Source of the DNA: Paragordius varius
Lineage: Eukaryota; Animalia; Nematomorpha
Direction: 5' to 3'
NCBI GenBank assembly: GCA_964247055.1
Contig: OZ176054.1
Span: 11,346,001 to 11,410,000, forward strand
DNA: 64,000 nt
Position 1 is the first letter of the stretch; each line of letters opens with the position of its first letter. Made by a program: the position numbers and the translations under genes. This document shows positions 51,531-64,000 of the stretch, in pieces. The notes under the pieces were generated by a model that saw only the letters and a program-made list of their open reading frames with translations, was not told the origin of the DNA and did not search any database.

Positions 51531-54389
51531 ATGGACGATGATATTCCATTATCCGAATTCCGAACAAAATGGGATCGACTTTTTAATCTTTACATATACC
51601 CAATTTTGGCTGTTAAAGGCTTATTTGTAAATGCTTTTGCCATATACGTTCTTTGGCACGTAACATCACCAACCACACCACAGAACAATAATTATAAAAA
51701 AGAACCGATGGAAGCGGCTAAATCAAAAAAATTCCGTATTGATCAAAAATATAACTTGGCATATTATGCTAACAAGGGACGTTATGCTCACTCCCCATTG
51801 TTGAAAGAATCAAAATTATCTAATTGTGATTCTTTGCGGAAAAACAGCAAAAAAATTACGAAATCAACATCGGCAATTAGTAATGCATTTACAAACAAAG
51901 TTTCAAACTCCTCTAATATTCCAACATACACTATCCTTAAGCAAATAGCCGTAACTGATTTTTGTGTCTGCTTCTTTATGTTGCTAAATTCCATTTATCA
52001 ATTTCACAAATATTTGTCACCAAAACGGACAACGGGATTCATTCCTACTTGCACACCCAGGGAAAGTCAATTATCTTACGTGGCTAATTGGTTCATTTCT
52101 AAGATAGTATTTTTTGCCATAAATTATTTTTTGAAAGTTAATGTTTGGTTAGTGGTAATTCTTGCCTTAGATCGATATGCTATGTTAAAACACACAATGT
52201 GGTATTATGCCAATACGAAGATGGGCCGACAAAAACATTGTTCCCTCCATCACAAAAGTATACTTGTGGTTTATGCCACGATTTTTATTTACATGTCACC
52301 CTTGATGAAGAAATATCAAATTGTACCGATAAATTCTCATTTATTAAAGAATGCAAATGATGGAAACAGTGCTCACATCAAAATAATCACATTGATTATC
52401 CTGCACCTTACATTACATTATCAAATCATAGTAGCGCTAACTTAAATCATGCTAGTCTCAACCTTAAAAATGCCCGATTAACTGGACAATGCATGGCATT
52501 TTGCTTGAAACCAACATCGGTTCATTTTCATAACTATGAAATTAGCAAAGCTGTACTGATGACATTTGTCCCCCTAATAATTTTGATTTATTTAAAATTT
52601 TGTATTATTCGCAGTTACAAGGGTGCTCAAGAGTTTTCGGCCACCACCAGGTATTATGTTATAAAAAAACGATTTTCTGTTGTTTAAATTAAAAAGCGTA
52701 AAAATAATATCATTAGACCATAAGTCGCCAACACAAATGGCTTTGCGGGTCGTTTCGGTTTGAAAAACCGACGGACCCCATTCGAAAAATATGTATAATT
52801 ATTTTATTCGATTTTCAACATAAATTGTACTTTTTGTTTAATTAATTTTTGCTGGTTTCGCCAAAATTTGAAAAAATGTATTCAGTTTAACATTGCTTAA
52901 GGGTACCAATTTTATCCAGGTATAAATCGCATATTTTTGCAAATTATGAAATTTCGTAATATTTGGTATTTTTTCAAATTTTTTGTGGACCACACAAAAT
53001 ATTGGGGCACCGCGTGAACAACCCTTGTACTGGTACTTTATGGAATATTGGAACTATATTTCATAATAATTAATGCATTTGTTTTTCCGGAGAAATTTAG
53101 CGCCAAAACAGTTTTGATAAAAACATTCATGAAATCTAAATAAAATTAATTGTATTAAAGTAAAGAGCTTTTAAATGTATCATTTGATTAATACCTTATT
53201 AATTAAAAATTTTATATTTTAGATATGCCCAAAGTGTAATTTTATAAAACAAATTATACAGTCAAATCTTTTTTACGTCTTTTTGTGTAAATCTTTTTGA
53301 CTTTTTGGCGATAAAAATCACACTAACTAAGTTTAAAACTCATATTTTTTTATTATTTATGCTCAAATTGTTATATATATTGACCTTAAAAAATAACTGT
53401 AGAAATTGGTTAATAGAACCAAAATCCTTTTCGATTGTATATAATAAATTCGATGTTCAGCCTCCACTTATATGAAAATTATATATAACTTAAATAATAC
53501 TGATGAAAAAATAAAAATATCATATATATACCAATAGAGAAAACCATTAAGCGAATTTTTTGAACACAAAAAGTTTTTATTCTAACAAATAGAAAACATA
53601 TGTTGTAAAACTTTTTTTCTTGCGATCCCACGTCAAAAAGGTTTGACTGTATATTTTCATAAATAAAATCTACAAACCCTAAAATGTATAGTAGAAAATC
53701 ACACATATTTCCATGAGTTAAATGCAAAAAAATTAATATTTTATTTTGGATATAATATCATCTCATTACCGATGAATCAATATAAGGATATATAAAAAAT
53801 GAAACCTATCTATACCTTATGTTGTTTTAAGAGTGACATCACGCTGAATACTAGGAAAATTTGAGGAATGTAATTCAATTAAAATTGTTTTGAAATTCAT
53901 CTGAATTATTTTTCATTAATGCACTGCTAAAGTAACTGACATTTGGCTATTTCTAAATATTAAAATGGGTTTACCTTAAGAAAATTTATAATTACCATTA
54001 TTGCCTATTACTTTACTTTAAGTTTTTTTTTATAAAATAGAATATCTGGAGATAAAAATCTATGCAAGCACAATAGTTTAACATCAATCACAAGTCTGTC
54101 CAGTGCAAATTTCGGCAAAAGTACCAATATTAAGAAATCGAATAGTAAAATTGAAAAATCCTTAACTCTCATAACTTTGGGCTTTTTAGTTATGCTCATG
54201 ATAACCCTGATTCCAGCCGCTATTTCTATTATTCTCAATGCGATTGGGGGGAAACAATGGCGAATGACTTACTATAAATACAATCTCATCAGTAATGCCC
54301 TAGAGCTTTCAAACTGTGTTTTTAATTTTTACATTTACATTGGACGGAGTAGTGCATTAATGAAACGATTTCGAAGTCAAATAAATTGA
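51531..54389 (+). CDS. Class A (rhodopsin-like) GPCR, FMRFamide/peptide-receptor-like; reading frame break near 52320-52385
   Basis: TM1 YIYPILAVKGLFVN, TM2 LKQIAVTDF, TM3 LALDRY, TM5 FVPLIILIYL, TM6 ITLGFLVMLMITLIP, TM7 SNCVFNFYIY. Phase-2 intron at 52651-54040. Start codon uncertain. Confidence 0.8.
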
Positions 54390-54419
54390 TATGTTACCAA
54401 TGATATTTATTTTTATATA

Positions 54420-54631
54420 TACCATTTACAATTCAAATTCACCAAAATAAATTATGAATTTTCGGGCTAATATAACTCATTATTAATATGAAATATATCT
54501 TTATGGCATAGATTATTATTATTTCAGTATTATTATAATATTAGTTCAAATTTCATTTTTTTAAAAATATAGGTAATTTTTACTCTTAAAAAACACATTA
54601 TTTTTTAGGTGAATTTGAATTGTAAATGGTA
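54420..54631. mobile_element. MITE (TACCATTTACA family)
   Basis: taccatttacaattcaaattcacc ... ggtgaatttgaattgtaaatggta. Confidence 0.8.
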
Positions 54632-54964
54632 TTTTTGATCATATTAATGGAAATGAATTTATGAAGGATAAAAAATACAAAAGATGTACATATATTTAAG
54701 AGTTTTGGTATTCGAAAATAATGCAATGATTACGTTTTAATGTAATATGAGGCGTTTGGAAGTGTGCACAATACGGTATAGTTATTCTTTAAATATTTTT
54801 AACACCTTTTTTCACAAAATTTTACCGAATCAACAACCTTCATTTTTAATATCACTAACCTGCTTCCGGCTCTACATATTTTCTGCTTGGTGTCAAGCCC
54901 TAAAAAGTCAATGTATTAAATTGTTTATCAATTACCCATTCTAACATGCTTTGACATATAATAT

Positions 54965-55885
54965 CAGGGCTTCGAAACGGAACCCGCCTCCATAGATTTT
55001 CGGTTCCACTTCCTCAGGAACAATCGCTGTATCGCTTTCATAATTTTAGTAACCACCCCGATTCCATTTTCATATTCTTAGGATCCAAAGCAGTTCCGGT
55101 TTCAAGCGTCCAACTCCAAAATTAGTGGTTTCCATATGGTTTCATTTTTAAAAAATAAAATTGTTTACAAATTATTATTCAATCAATAATAGTAAAATAA
55201 CCAATTTACCATTAAAATGGAATGACCATCATAATTTTAAAATTTGTTTTTTATATATTACTTTTAAAAAAATGATCATATATAACGTTTTTTTCTCGTA
55301 TTCAATTGAAATAGAATAACCCTGTTGACAATTATCTCACATTTTCTCCTAGTTAATTAATGAATCTGGTAAAAAACTAAACTATAGCGTCCCATAGTCA
55401 CGTATTTATAAGGAAAAATGAACCACACTATATATCAGTGATACTCTAACCGCGGCCCACGGGCCGCATGAGGTTTTTTGGCCACAGAATTAAATTAAAA
55501 AAACTTATGTATGGTTACATTAGCTGTCATTTTTACGGATCATAATATAGAAAGAAACTTTTCCACGCCAAATTTAATATTTTCAGATCTAAGCAGTAGT
55601 ATGACAGAATTGCTTGGAACAATATTTTTTAAGTTAAAAGATTTCCCCCATAGATGCGATGGGTAAAACAAATAGACTTATTACCAACCTTTGCACTTAT
55701 AGATTGGCTATTTAATTTTTCGAATTATTTATGTTTTAATTTACATTGATTGATATGGTGAATATTTTGATAAAAATTTTGTAAGAACCAACTCCCAATG
55801 CAAAAAAAACCTGTTCTGAAACTATTAAATTTTTAAGTGAGCGACCCGGGTTCGGTTCAACCTTTCTAACCGGTTTGAAGCCCTG
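54965..55885. mobile_element. Probable non-autonomous TIR (hAT-like) element
   Basis: Inverted ends cagggcttcgaaacgg / ccggtttgaagccctg; no convincing TSD. Confidence 0.45.
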
Positions 55886-56587
55886 CTTTATATACGCGTT
55901 AACAAAATTTACTAAAATTTTAGCTATTAAGCAGGGTGTTTTTGACAAAAAGCATTCATTATATGGTGATAATGTAGCATACATTATTCATATGGTTCAA
56001 TTTAGGTTCCATTTAATGTAACAAAATCCATATTAACAGGTTTTTTCACTTTAAGTTACGATAAAATTGGATATTGCATTTATACATAATTCAAAGTCAA
56101 AAGCACTCTATGTAAATATAATTTTATGATCCAATTTTCGCTCAATATATATATTTAAATTAAAAACAATATAAAATCGTCGATTGATTATTTTTAGTAA
56201 GTTTGATTAATATAAATTTTACAAAGGTGCTATTTATGTCAAAAATTTACACCATTAAAAATTATGTTTCTTTCAGGGCGGTTTGTACATTAAAATATAT
56301 ATAGCGATAATACATGCTTAATAATTACACATTTGCAACACATAAATACAAATTTGATTAAAAATAAATAACGCCTAAAGCAAAAATATAAAAATATTTA
56401 CAAAAAGACAACATTATAAATATTCGTTATAGTACGTCATTATATTTACATATTGCTTGTATAATAATAATAATTTTCGACTTTTGTTAAACTCATGCTT
56501 TATTTATTATGCGGTATTAATTACATCATATAAAATTAATTTTTATAAAAAATAAATTTATTCTTTTGGAAAATATTATTTATCATC

Positions 56588-59284
56588 ATGCACATAAAAA
56601 TTGCAAAGAAGCACTTGAACTTTAAGAAATGTCGATTAACTCGGTTTTTTCCAATATTACGATGGAGTCGAGCCTACAATCTCGAATATTTGCTATATGA
56701 CGCAGTGGCGGGTCTAACTGTGGGCATGACAGTCATTCCTCAAGGAATTGCATATGCTAAAGTCGCTGGTTTGCCCATTGAGGTATATGTTTACTTTTTT
56801 CAAAATACAGTGTGAGTAAATATACCTTGCTAGTTTTTCATTAATTTATTGAGAGATAGCATATACAACAAAAAGCTTTATTGAATAAAATAACAAAAAA
56901 AGCCAATAATATTTCATGATGCTGCATTTGCTATCTGGCGATTTATGGAAAGCTAAGAATATATATACTCATACTGTATATATTTATACATTGCTGTTTA
57001 CTTTTTTTGAGATACAGTATGAACTCATAGAAAGTTATTAATTATTGTCTACTAGTAAATACAACAAAGGGCAGTATTATAGGCTAATAATAGTAAAAAG
57101 TGAAAACAACAACTATAAGCCAATAATACTGCCCTTTATTGTATTTACTATTTGGCAATAATTAATAACTTTCTAGCAAAGTATACTTACACATACTGTA
57201 AAAGATAGTAAGAGTGTATAAACCTGTTTATAATTGTAAAATATACAATTCTTATTATTAGTCCATATATTTTTCCACTTCTTTTTTCGTTCTTATTTCA
57301 TTCTTTTTTATTACACTATATTTATATAAAGTAACGATATTTTAATTGGTTTTACGGGTCTATTAAATTGTAAATAGGAAAAAAACGTTAAGTGAGGATC
57401 CATATAGCATTATATAGGGCTCTTTACTGTAGCACCAAAAAATAAGCAGCTATTTGGTATACTAGGGCTTTAATGAGCATTGAATTAGTAATTTCGAAAA
57501 ATATGAGTCGGATGAAGTGCCTTAAATGGGCAATATGAATTAGCCGAGTATCGCTAAATTGCCCATGGAAAACAAAATATGGTTTATATAAGATTTAATC
57601 CTAGTTTATAAGTCATAAGATTATGAAAAGCCATAAAACATTTGGGCCACTTAAGTTAACTTATTTACTGAAATGCCCAGATCAAGGCTCGTTCAGATGG
57701 CTTCAAATGCATTATGGCTCAAGGTTGAGAAGACGAAATATTAAGCCTTCTTTTTAGACGCTTTTAAATTTAACCATATAAATTTAAAAAGAGGGGCGTT
57801 TTTTCGGCTTATTCACATGGCTCATTGGGCTAATTGAGTTTGCTCAACGGCATACTAACTCTTGTTTTTTTAGACTAGTATCGGTTTATTTATTAAAGGG
57901 AAGAATGTTACGTCTGTAAGGATAAATAAGTTATTATTGCAGCCTAAATTAAACTTTTAATCAATGTATATTTTTTCATTCTTATCCCTATGATCTAATC
58001 TGAATATTTTTAGATAAAATGCACAATATTTCCTTTTATGTATAATCTAATTTTATTATATTATATTTGAACATCCCCATGAAGTAGCAACTAATTTTCC
58101 ACAACTATATTCAAAGGATCTGTACATACTTTATGTCTAAAATAGAGAATATATTTAGGCACACTTAATATTTTTCTCTCTTTTCAATTAGTACGGATTG
58201 TATTCGTCATTTATGGGAGCTTTTATCTATACGTTTCTCGGGACTTCGAAAGATGTCACGTATGGTCCGACAGCAGTCATGTCACTCATGACTTATCGCT
58301 TTGTGAGCGTAGCCGTGGCTAAAACCATGAATACCGTTTTTGCTTCCAATGAACTCAAAAATGAAATAGTATTTTTTATGATATAGAGGTTAAAATTGGG
58401 CTAATAATACTTAAATATCAAAAACATATAATATATATATATTAAGAGCGATATTTTGAATTTATAGCTTATATTTAAAAAAACCATAATTTTCATAAAA
58501 AATAAAGTTTATGATTTTATTCGCGTAACTATATACCCTCTAAATTTTTTCCAAAAAATAAAATCCCTCATCTATAATTTACCCATCATCGTAGACGTTA
58601 AAGGAAGATGTGGAAAAGTCTATGTGGATACATTATAGTTTAATTTTAACCTTGATTGCTGGAATCATACAAGCTTTAATGGGGTTTCTCCGTTTAGGTT
58701 GTAAAAGCTTTAAATTTATACCTATATATTTTTATTTTACAGTAAAAATTGAAATTATGCGGACTAAATAAAAATCAAGAGACAATTTTTTACCAAAAAA
58801 CAACCATCCTAATTTATAATTCATTGTTCAAACTGCTAAGTATGAATGAAATAGAAATGTTAATTAGTATACAATCTATTACATATTTTACAATTGTAAT
58901 AAAATAGTTTATTAACAAAAAAATTCAGGTTTAAAAAAGAATTCCATGTCTTTTTTAAAAAGATATTTGACTTAATCTTTTAAAATTTGTCTGTATGAAT
59001 TGCATTTTTAATATTATTTTGTTTTTGTATAAAAAAAATTTGGATGTTTCAATAGGTTTCCTAACCAGTTTCATATCTCATCCAGTTCTACATGGATTTA
59101 CTAATGGAGCAGCTATAATCATTGGTGTCAGCCAAATAAAAGTAATCATGAGTGTAAAATTAAAATATTAGGACTTATTAGGGATAAAAGTTCCGAAATC
59201 AAATTTTATCCAACAAACTTACTATGTCTTCCGACATATAAAACAAGCCAAGTAATTATATTTATTGATAAAAAAATTTCAAAT

Positions 59285-59327
<43 letters not shown>

Positions 59328-62300
59328 TTTTTATGGGCAGAAAATGGGATTGTATCATTGGAATATCTAGTCTTGTACTGTTGTTAATATTAAAGGTATG
59401 CATATTTTTTATTGTCATAAATTCAAATAATAATATATATTTTAAAAATTTGTGATTTAATAAAAATTATTGAATTGCCTTAAACCATATCTAAGATAAG
59501 AGTGTTTAAGATACATATGGCTAAATTATACTGTTGGAGATGTTTTTGTTTGTATATAATTGTGATTGGTTCGAAGTTCTGGTAAAAGATAAAATACTAT
59601 AAATAAGTTCGAATAAAGTTTGTAAAGTAACAAATTATCCAGTACAAAATTGAAAATTATTAATTGTAAAAAAGCACTAAAAATGCGTTTTTTATATAAT
59701 ACAGTATAGTACAGTAAAATAGATAAAAAACGAATCTATTTTTTCTTTAAACCTCATAAATGGATTAATACCCTATTATTTGCTATTTTATTATATAGCG
59801 ATGCATTACTTTGCCATGTGTGACTAAAAAAATTGTTAACAATCCTATAAGAAAGTCCTTAAAAAGAACAGCGGCTCTAGAAAACGGAATACAAACGAAA
59901 TCTGAAACAACTCAGATTCTGGATCCCCTTGTTAAAAATGTGGCAGAATACGAAACTAATCAATCTCAGGATATGAATAGAAATAAATGGTGGTCGATAA
60001 TTTTAATATTTATGACCGCTTTTCAAAAAATTGTCTGGCTTGCCTTAACAAGTATTTAGTTGTGGTGTTATTATAAAATAACTCGAAATAGAGTTTTTTC
60101 AAACTGGAAACGGTTTTGATTTTCTGAAGACGCAAATTTATTATTTATATAGAGAAAACCGGTTATGGTCCCTAATAATATTGTGGATTTTAAGCTCGAA
60201 AAAGGAAATTTTAACACTTTTTAGAAAATCAAATAGTTTTTACAATAACCAGTCTTGGTATGGACCCTAAGGCTCTTTAACAGTTGTCATTCTTAAGCCA
60301 AATATTTTGTTTTTATAATATAATTAATATGATTATGTTTTGTATCATATTTTGTTTCATCATCACTGTCAGCCCTGGAAAGGCTAGGTTTAAGCTTCAA
60401 GAGTCCAGTTTCCTATCCTTTGAAAAAAATAAACAATATACCCTTATAATTAATCATCATAAATCTATAAATATTATCTATGTGTATATAGGCCGAAACG
60501 CTCTTATAATTGCAATATCTGGCTTATCGGCATATTTGTTAAGTTCACATTTATCCTTACCACCTAATGCTATAACACTGACTTCTGCAGTCACAAATCC
60601 CAACCCAATTTTTGCTATACCAAACTTCCATTTTCAATATAAATTAACAAATGTTGGTAGCAATAATAATAATTTATCAAACAGTCAACCAAAGGACAAA
60701 GATATATATTTATCATTTATGGATGTTTTTAAGGTAAAACTTGACTATAATTGTATTATAGGACATTGGTTTTGGTTTCGTTTCGATTGCCATCATAAGT
60801 ATCCTTGAAACATTGGCCATTGCTAAAGCTTTTGGTAAATAATGTTAATTTTTTCTAATTAGCCACACCTCTACTCACTTTTACAACGAAATAGCCAGGA
60901 AATATAAGTATACGATTGATTCAACACAAGAATTCATTGCCTTAGGTTAGATACTTTTTCAATAATTTGTTTGTGTGTTTTATTTTCATTTTGGCTCGCA
61001 TATTCAAATGGTCGTAATTGACAAATTATAAACTAAACTATTCAACGAATGTCTCATCGTTTATTGACCAGTTATATATTAAAATCAAGGTATTTATAAA
61101 AAAAATTAATTAATCATTATCAAATATATTATTACAATAAAATCTTAACATTCATATCTTATTCCGTAAAAAAAACTTATATATCAAAATAAAACCAAAA
61201 ATATCTTTTTTATTTTTTCATTTTTTTGTCATCTGGTTTATGAGTATATAAAAAATTTACTGTTTTATTTTGATATCTTACATGAGTGGTAATTATATAC
61301 TATATAATTTATGCAAAATAGGATTTAAAGGTAGTGGAATATCAACTAATCTTACAAATCGCTGTATTTAACACAAATTAATGTTTTTACTCAAATATAT
61401 ACGGATTTTTGGTTGATTTTCCACTACTTGTCAATTTTATTTTGTATTAATTTATATACTTTATGATTCCCGCCCATGTGAAATTCCAAAATAAAAGAGT
61501 AAATTTTATATACCTTCATAAACCAGATCAATAAAATAAAAAACAATAATTTTTAGTTTTAATCTGATATATGAGTTTTTTTTACTGAATAATATATAAA
61601 TATTAAGATTTTAATAAAGAGTTTAGCTAATAAATAATTAAAAAAAATTATTTAAATATAGTTTCATAAAAATTTTTTTGTCTTTTAAGTGTGTTAAAGG
61701 AAAAAAGCCATCTTTTAACTGAGATTTTATAGAAACCCTAATTATATAATTTTAGGCTATTTATATATTGGAAATATCTCCAAAAATGATTATACCATAA
61801 TATCTCAACTTTATCATTATTTTTTAATTATCCATAATTATCCTTAATTTTCACTTTTTGCCCGATTTCGATTTTCTATCAATATTTCAAAAACGAGGTC
61901 TAAACAAATAAAATTTTTACGACAAATGAATACGCTGATCTTAAGCTATCTCACGAAAAAAATTATTTTGTTAATTTTTTTTGCCATTCATCAATAATTT
62001 ATTAAATTCAAACATAAGACTGTAAAATGCAAGCACAATATATAAATGTGGTAAAAATTAAAATTATACGGACAAAAAAAATGAAAAGAATATTTTTTTA
62101 TTATAGATAACTTTACTTTTGATTTTTCAAATATAACTTCTTTTCTCAGTTTCAAAATAGGGCATAGAAATGTAAATTGTTAATGCACTTAATTATGTCA
62201 TTTAAAATTGTGATCAAATAGTTAAATGTAAAAAAAATTAAGATTTAAAAAAGTATGGGTTGTCTTTTAAAAAATATATTTGTCTTTATATTTTCACGTA

Positions 62301-63953
62301 TTAATTTTTTACTGTAATTGGTAATCATAATATAATATAATATAATACAAATTTTAACTATCATTTGTTAAAAACTTTATTATGGATATATAACAATTAT
62401 ACGAACAAAACTTGGAAATATAAAGACAAATATTTTTTTCTTAAAGACAACCAAACTTTTTTAATCTTGATTTTTTTAATATTACTCATTGTTTTAAAAT
62501 ACAAAGTATAATATAGAAATGTAAATTGGTAACACATCAATTATGTATTTTAGAATTGTAATTAAATGTTTTTTATAGGATAAATTAAGGTTTAAAAGTA
62601 TGGTTGTCTTTAGAAAAAAAATTTGTCTTATATTTTTACGTTTTGTCCGTATAATTTCAATTTTTACTGTATAATGGAAAAATAATATCTTAAAATATTA
62701 ATAAAATCTTTTTGTAATTATTTTAGGGGTGGCGAATATTGCGAGCTCTTTTGTTGGTTCTTACCCAATGGCGGGAAGTTTTTCTCGGTAACATTTATTA
62801 TTACTTTCGTAATTTAATTTTTTATGAAAAAAATTTTTTGTATTTAAAGATCCGCATTGAATGCCCAAACTGGCGTTAAAACTCCCGCTGGCGGAATATT
62901 TACAGGTAAATTTATATATCTTTTCCTAATTGTAATTTAAATTTCTAAAAATCATTTATAAAAATATAGGGTTGTTAGTCATATTAGCCATGCGTTTTCT
63001 TACAGCCTATTTCAGGTTACCAACTTATGATAATACTTTATTCTATAGTTTTATTTTAATTATAAAATTAAGCTTTGGTAATTTTTTTGGAAGTATATTT
63101 AAGTATATTTTCAATTTTCCGGTAAAATATTTTCCTAAAATTAATAAATATATAAGGATATAGATGATAATTTTTTTTGAAACCAAAAATTTCATATAAT
63201 ATAATTTAGGGTATTTTATGAATGAAGTCGCTTAAGGATATTAGCAACTATATTTTGGAAGGAACCTTTTTTTATTATTTAACCAAAAATATAATATATA
63301 AAATAAATTTAAAATGGTGGTGTCTTTAGTTAATTTTTACAAGAATTTTCGTAGCAAGTTTTATATGGTATATATAAAGGATTTATACATATTCAATTTT
63401 TCTTTTTAATTTATCCATTCCATAGATTTATTCCGATTCCTAGTTTAGCGGCTCTCATCATTACCGCTATAATTAACCTGATTGACTTTAAAACATTTTA
63501 TCATATCTACCTCATCAAAAGTATGTCGAAAATAACTCTTATTTTTCGGTTACTTGAATTATATATGGTTAAAATTAAACGATTTATTAATTGCTTGCTA
63601 TACCATTTACAGTTCAAATTCACCCTTGTAAATAAATATTTTTACGAAGTTTATTTTTTTAGCAATATTTCAATTTTAAACAAATTTTTTTAAAAAAATC
63701 TATTAATATATAGGTAATTTTTAAATTTATAAAAAACACATAATTTATTTAAGGGTTAATTTGAAAAGTTCCAAGGGTGAATTTGAATTGTAAATGGTAT
63801 AATATAATATGTATAGAAACTGATTTCACGGTTGCTTTTATAACATTCATCACATGCTTTATTTGGGGGATTGAAATGGCTTTGGTGCTTGGCATAGCTC
63901 TTTCTTTAGCCTTCCTAATCTACCCAATATCTAAACCAAGGTTAAATATGGAG
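56588..63953 (+). CDS. SLC26A11: SLC26/SulP anion transporter, SLC26A11-like; at least 15 exons, continues beyond the window
   Basis: Exons 56588-56782, 58192-58302, 58595-58697, 59056-59141, 59172-59251, 59341-59395, 59799-60051, 60492-60733, 60762-60834, 60895-60945, 62727-62787, 62850-62905, 62970-63015, 63426-63520 and 63817-63953 stay in frame. Motifs DAVAGLTVGMTVIPQGIAYA, GPTAVMSL, DSTQEFIALG, GSFSRSALN. Exact orthology is inferred. Confidence 0.88.
57027..57176. repeat. About 150-bp near-perfect hairpin (MITE-like) in SLC26 intron 1
   Basis: gaaagttattaattattgtc..tagtaaatacaacaaagggcagtatta pairs with taatactgccctttattgtatttacta..ggcaataattaataactttc. Confidence 0.8.
59286..59324. repeat. 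(TA)n microsatellite
   Basis: Slightly interrupted TA run. Confidence 0.9.
63601..63799. mobile_element. MITE (TACCATTTACA family) flanked by TA
   Basis: ta|taccatttacagttcaaattcacccttg ... caagggtgaatttgaattgtaaatggta|ta. Confidence 0.85.
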
Positions 63954-64000
63954 GTAATATGTTATATAGATATTTATTAGAATAACCTTATAAAAATAGA

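Noticed and set aside
60835-60862. Another possible 28-nt intron in SLC26
   Set aside because: Using the AG at 60862 leads to an in-frame TAG; the 60-nt intron (60835-60894) gives the conserved KAFARKYKY.

Overview
Very AT-rich eukaryotic genomic DNA, most likely from an invertebrate animal (inferred from spliceosomal GT-AG introns, a metazoan-type peptide GPCR and an SLC26A11-like gene; the species cannot be fixed from sequence). Host genes I could reconstruct by hand are: mitochondrial processing peptidase beta (14 exons, minus, 36369-42265); eIF2-alpha (8 exons, plus, 42354-46212), head-to-head with it and only 88 bp between the ATGs; a class A peptide-receptor-like GPCR (51531-54389); an SLC26A11-like anion transporter (56588 to beyond the window); and a tandem cluster of unrecognised multi-exon paralogues on the minus strand (1-22.4 kb). 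About half of the rest is mobile DNA: two decayed Ty3/Gypsy (Mag-like) LTR elements of one family, an RTE-like LINE split by one of them, several hAT elements with exact 8-bp TSDs, and many MITE/foldback elements. The strongest signal is intron architecture. Six 25-30 nt GT-AG introns are supported by protein homology or paralogue comparison, and they sit in the same genes as 290-1800 nt introns. No rRNA, tRNA or CRISPR array was seen. All coordinates were read by eye and may be off by a few bases where marked approximate.
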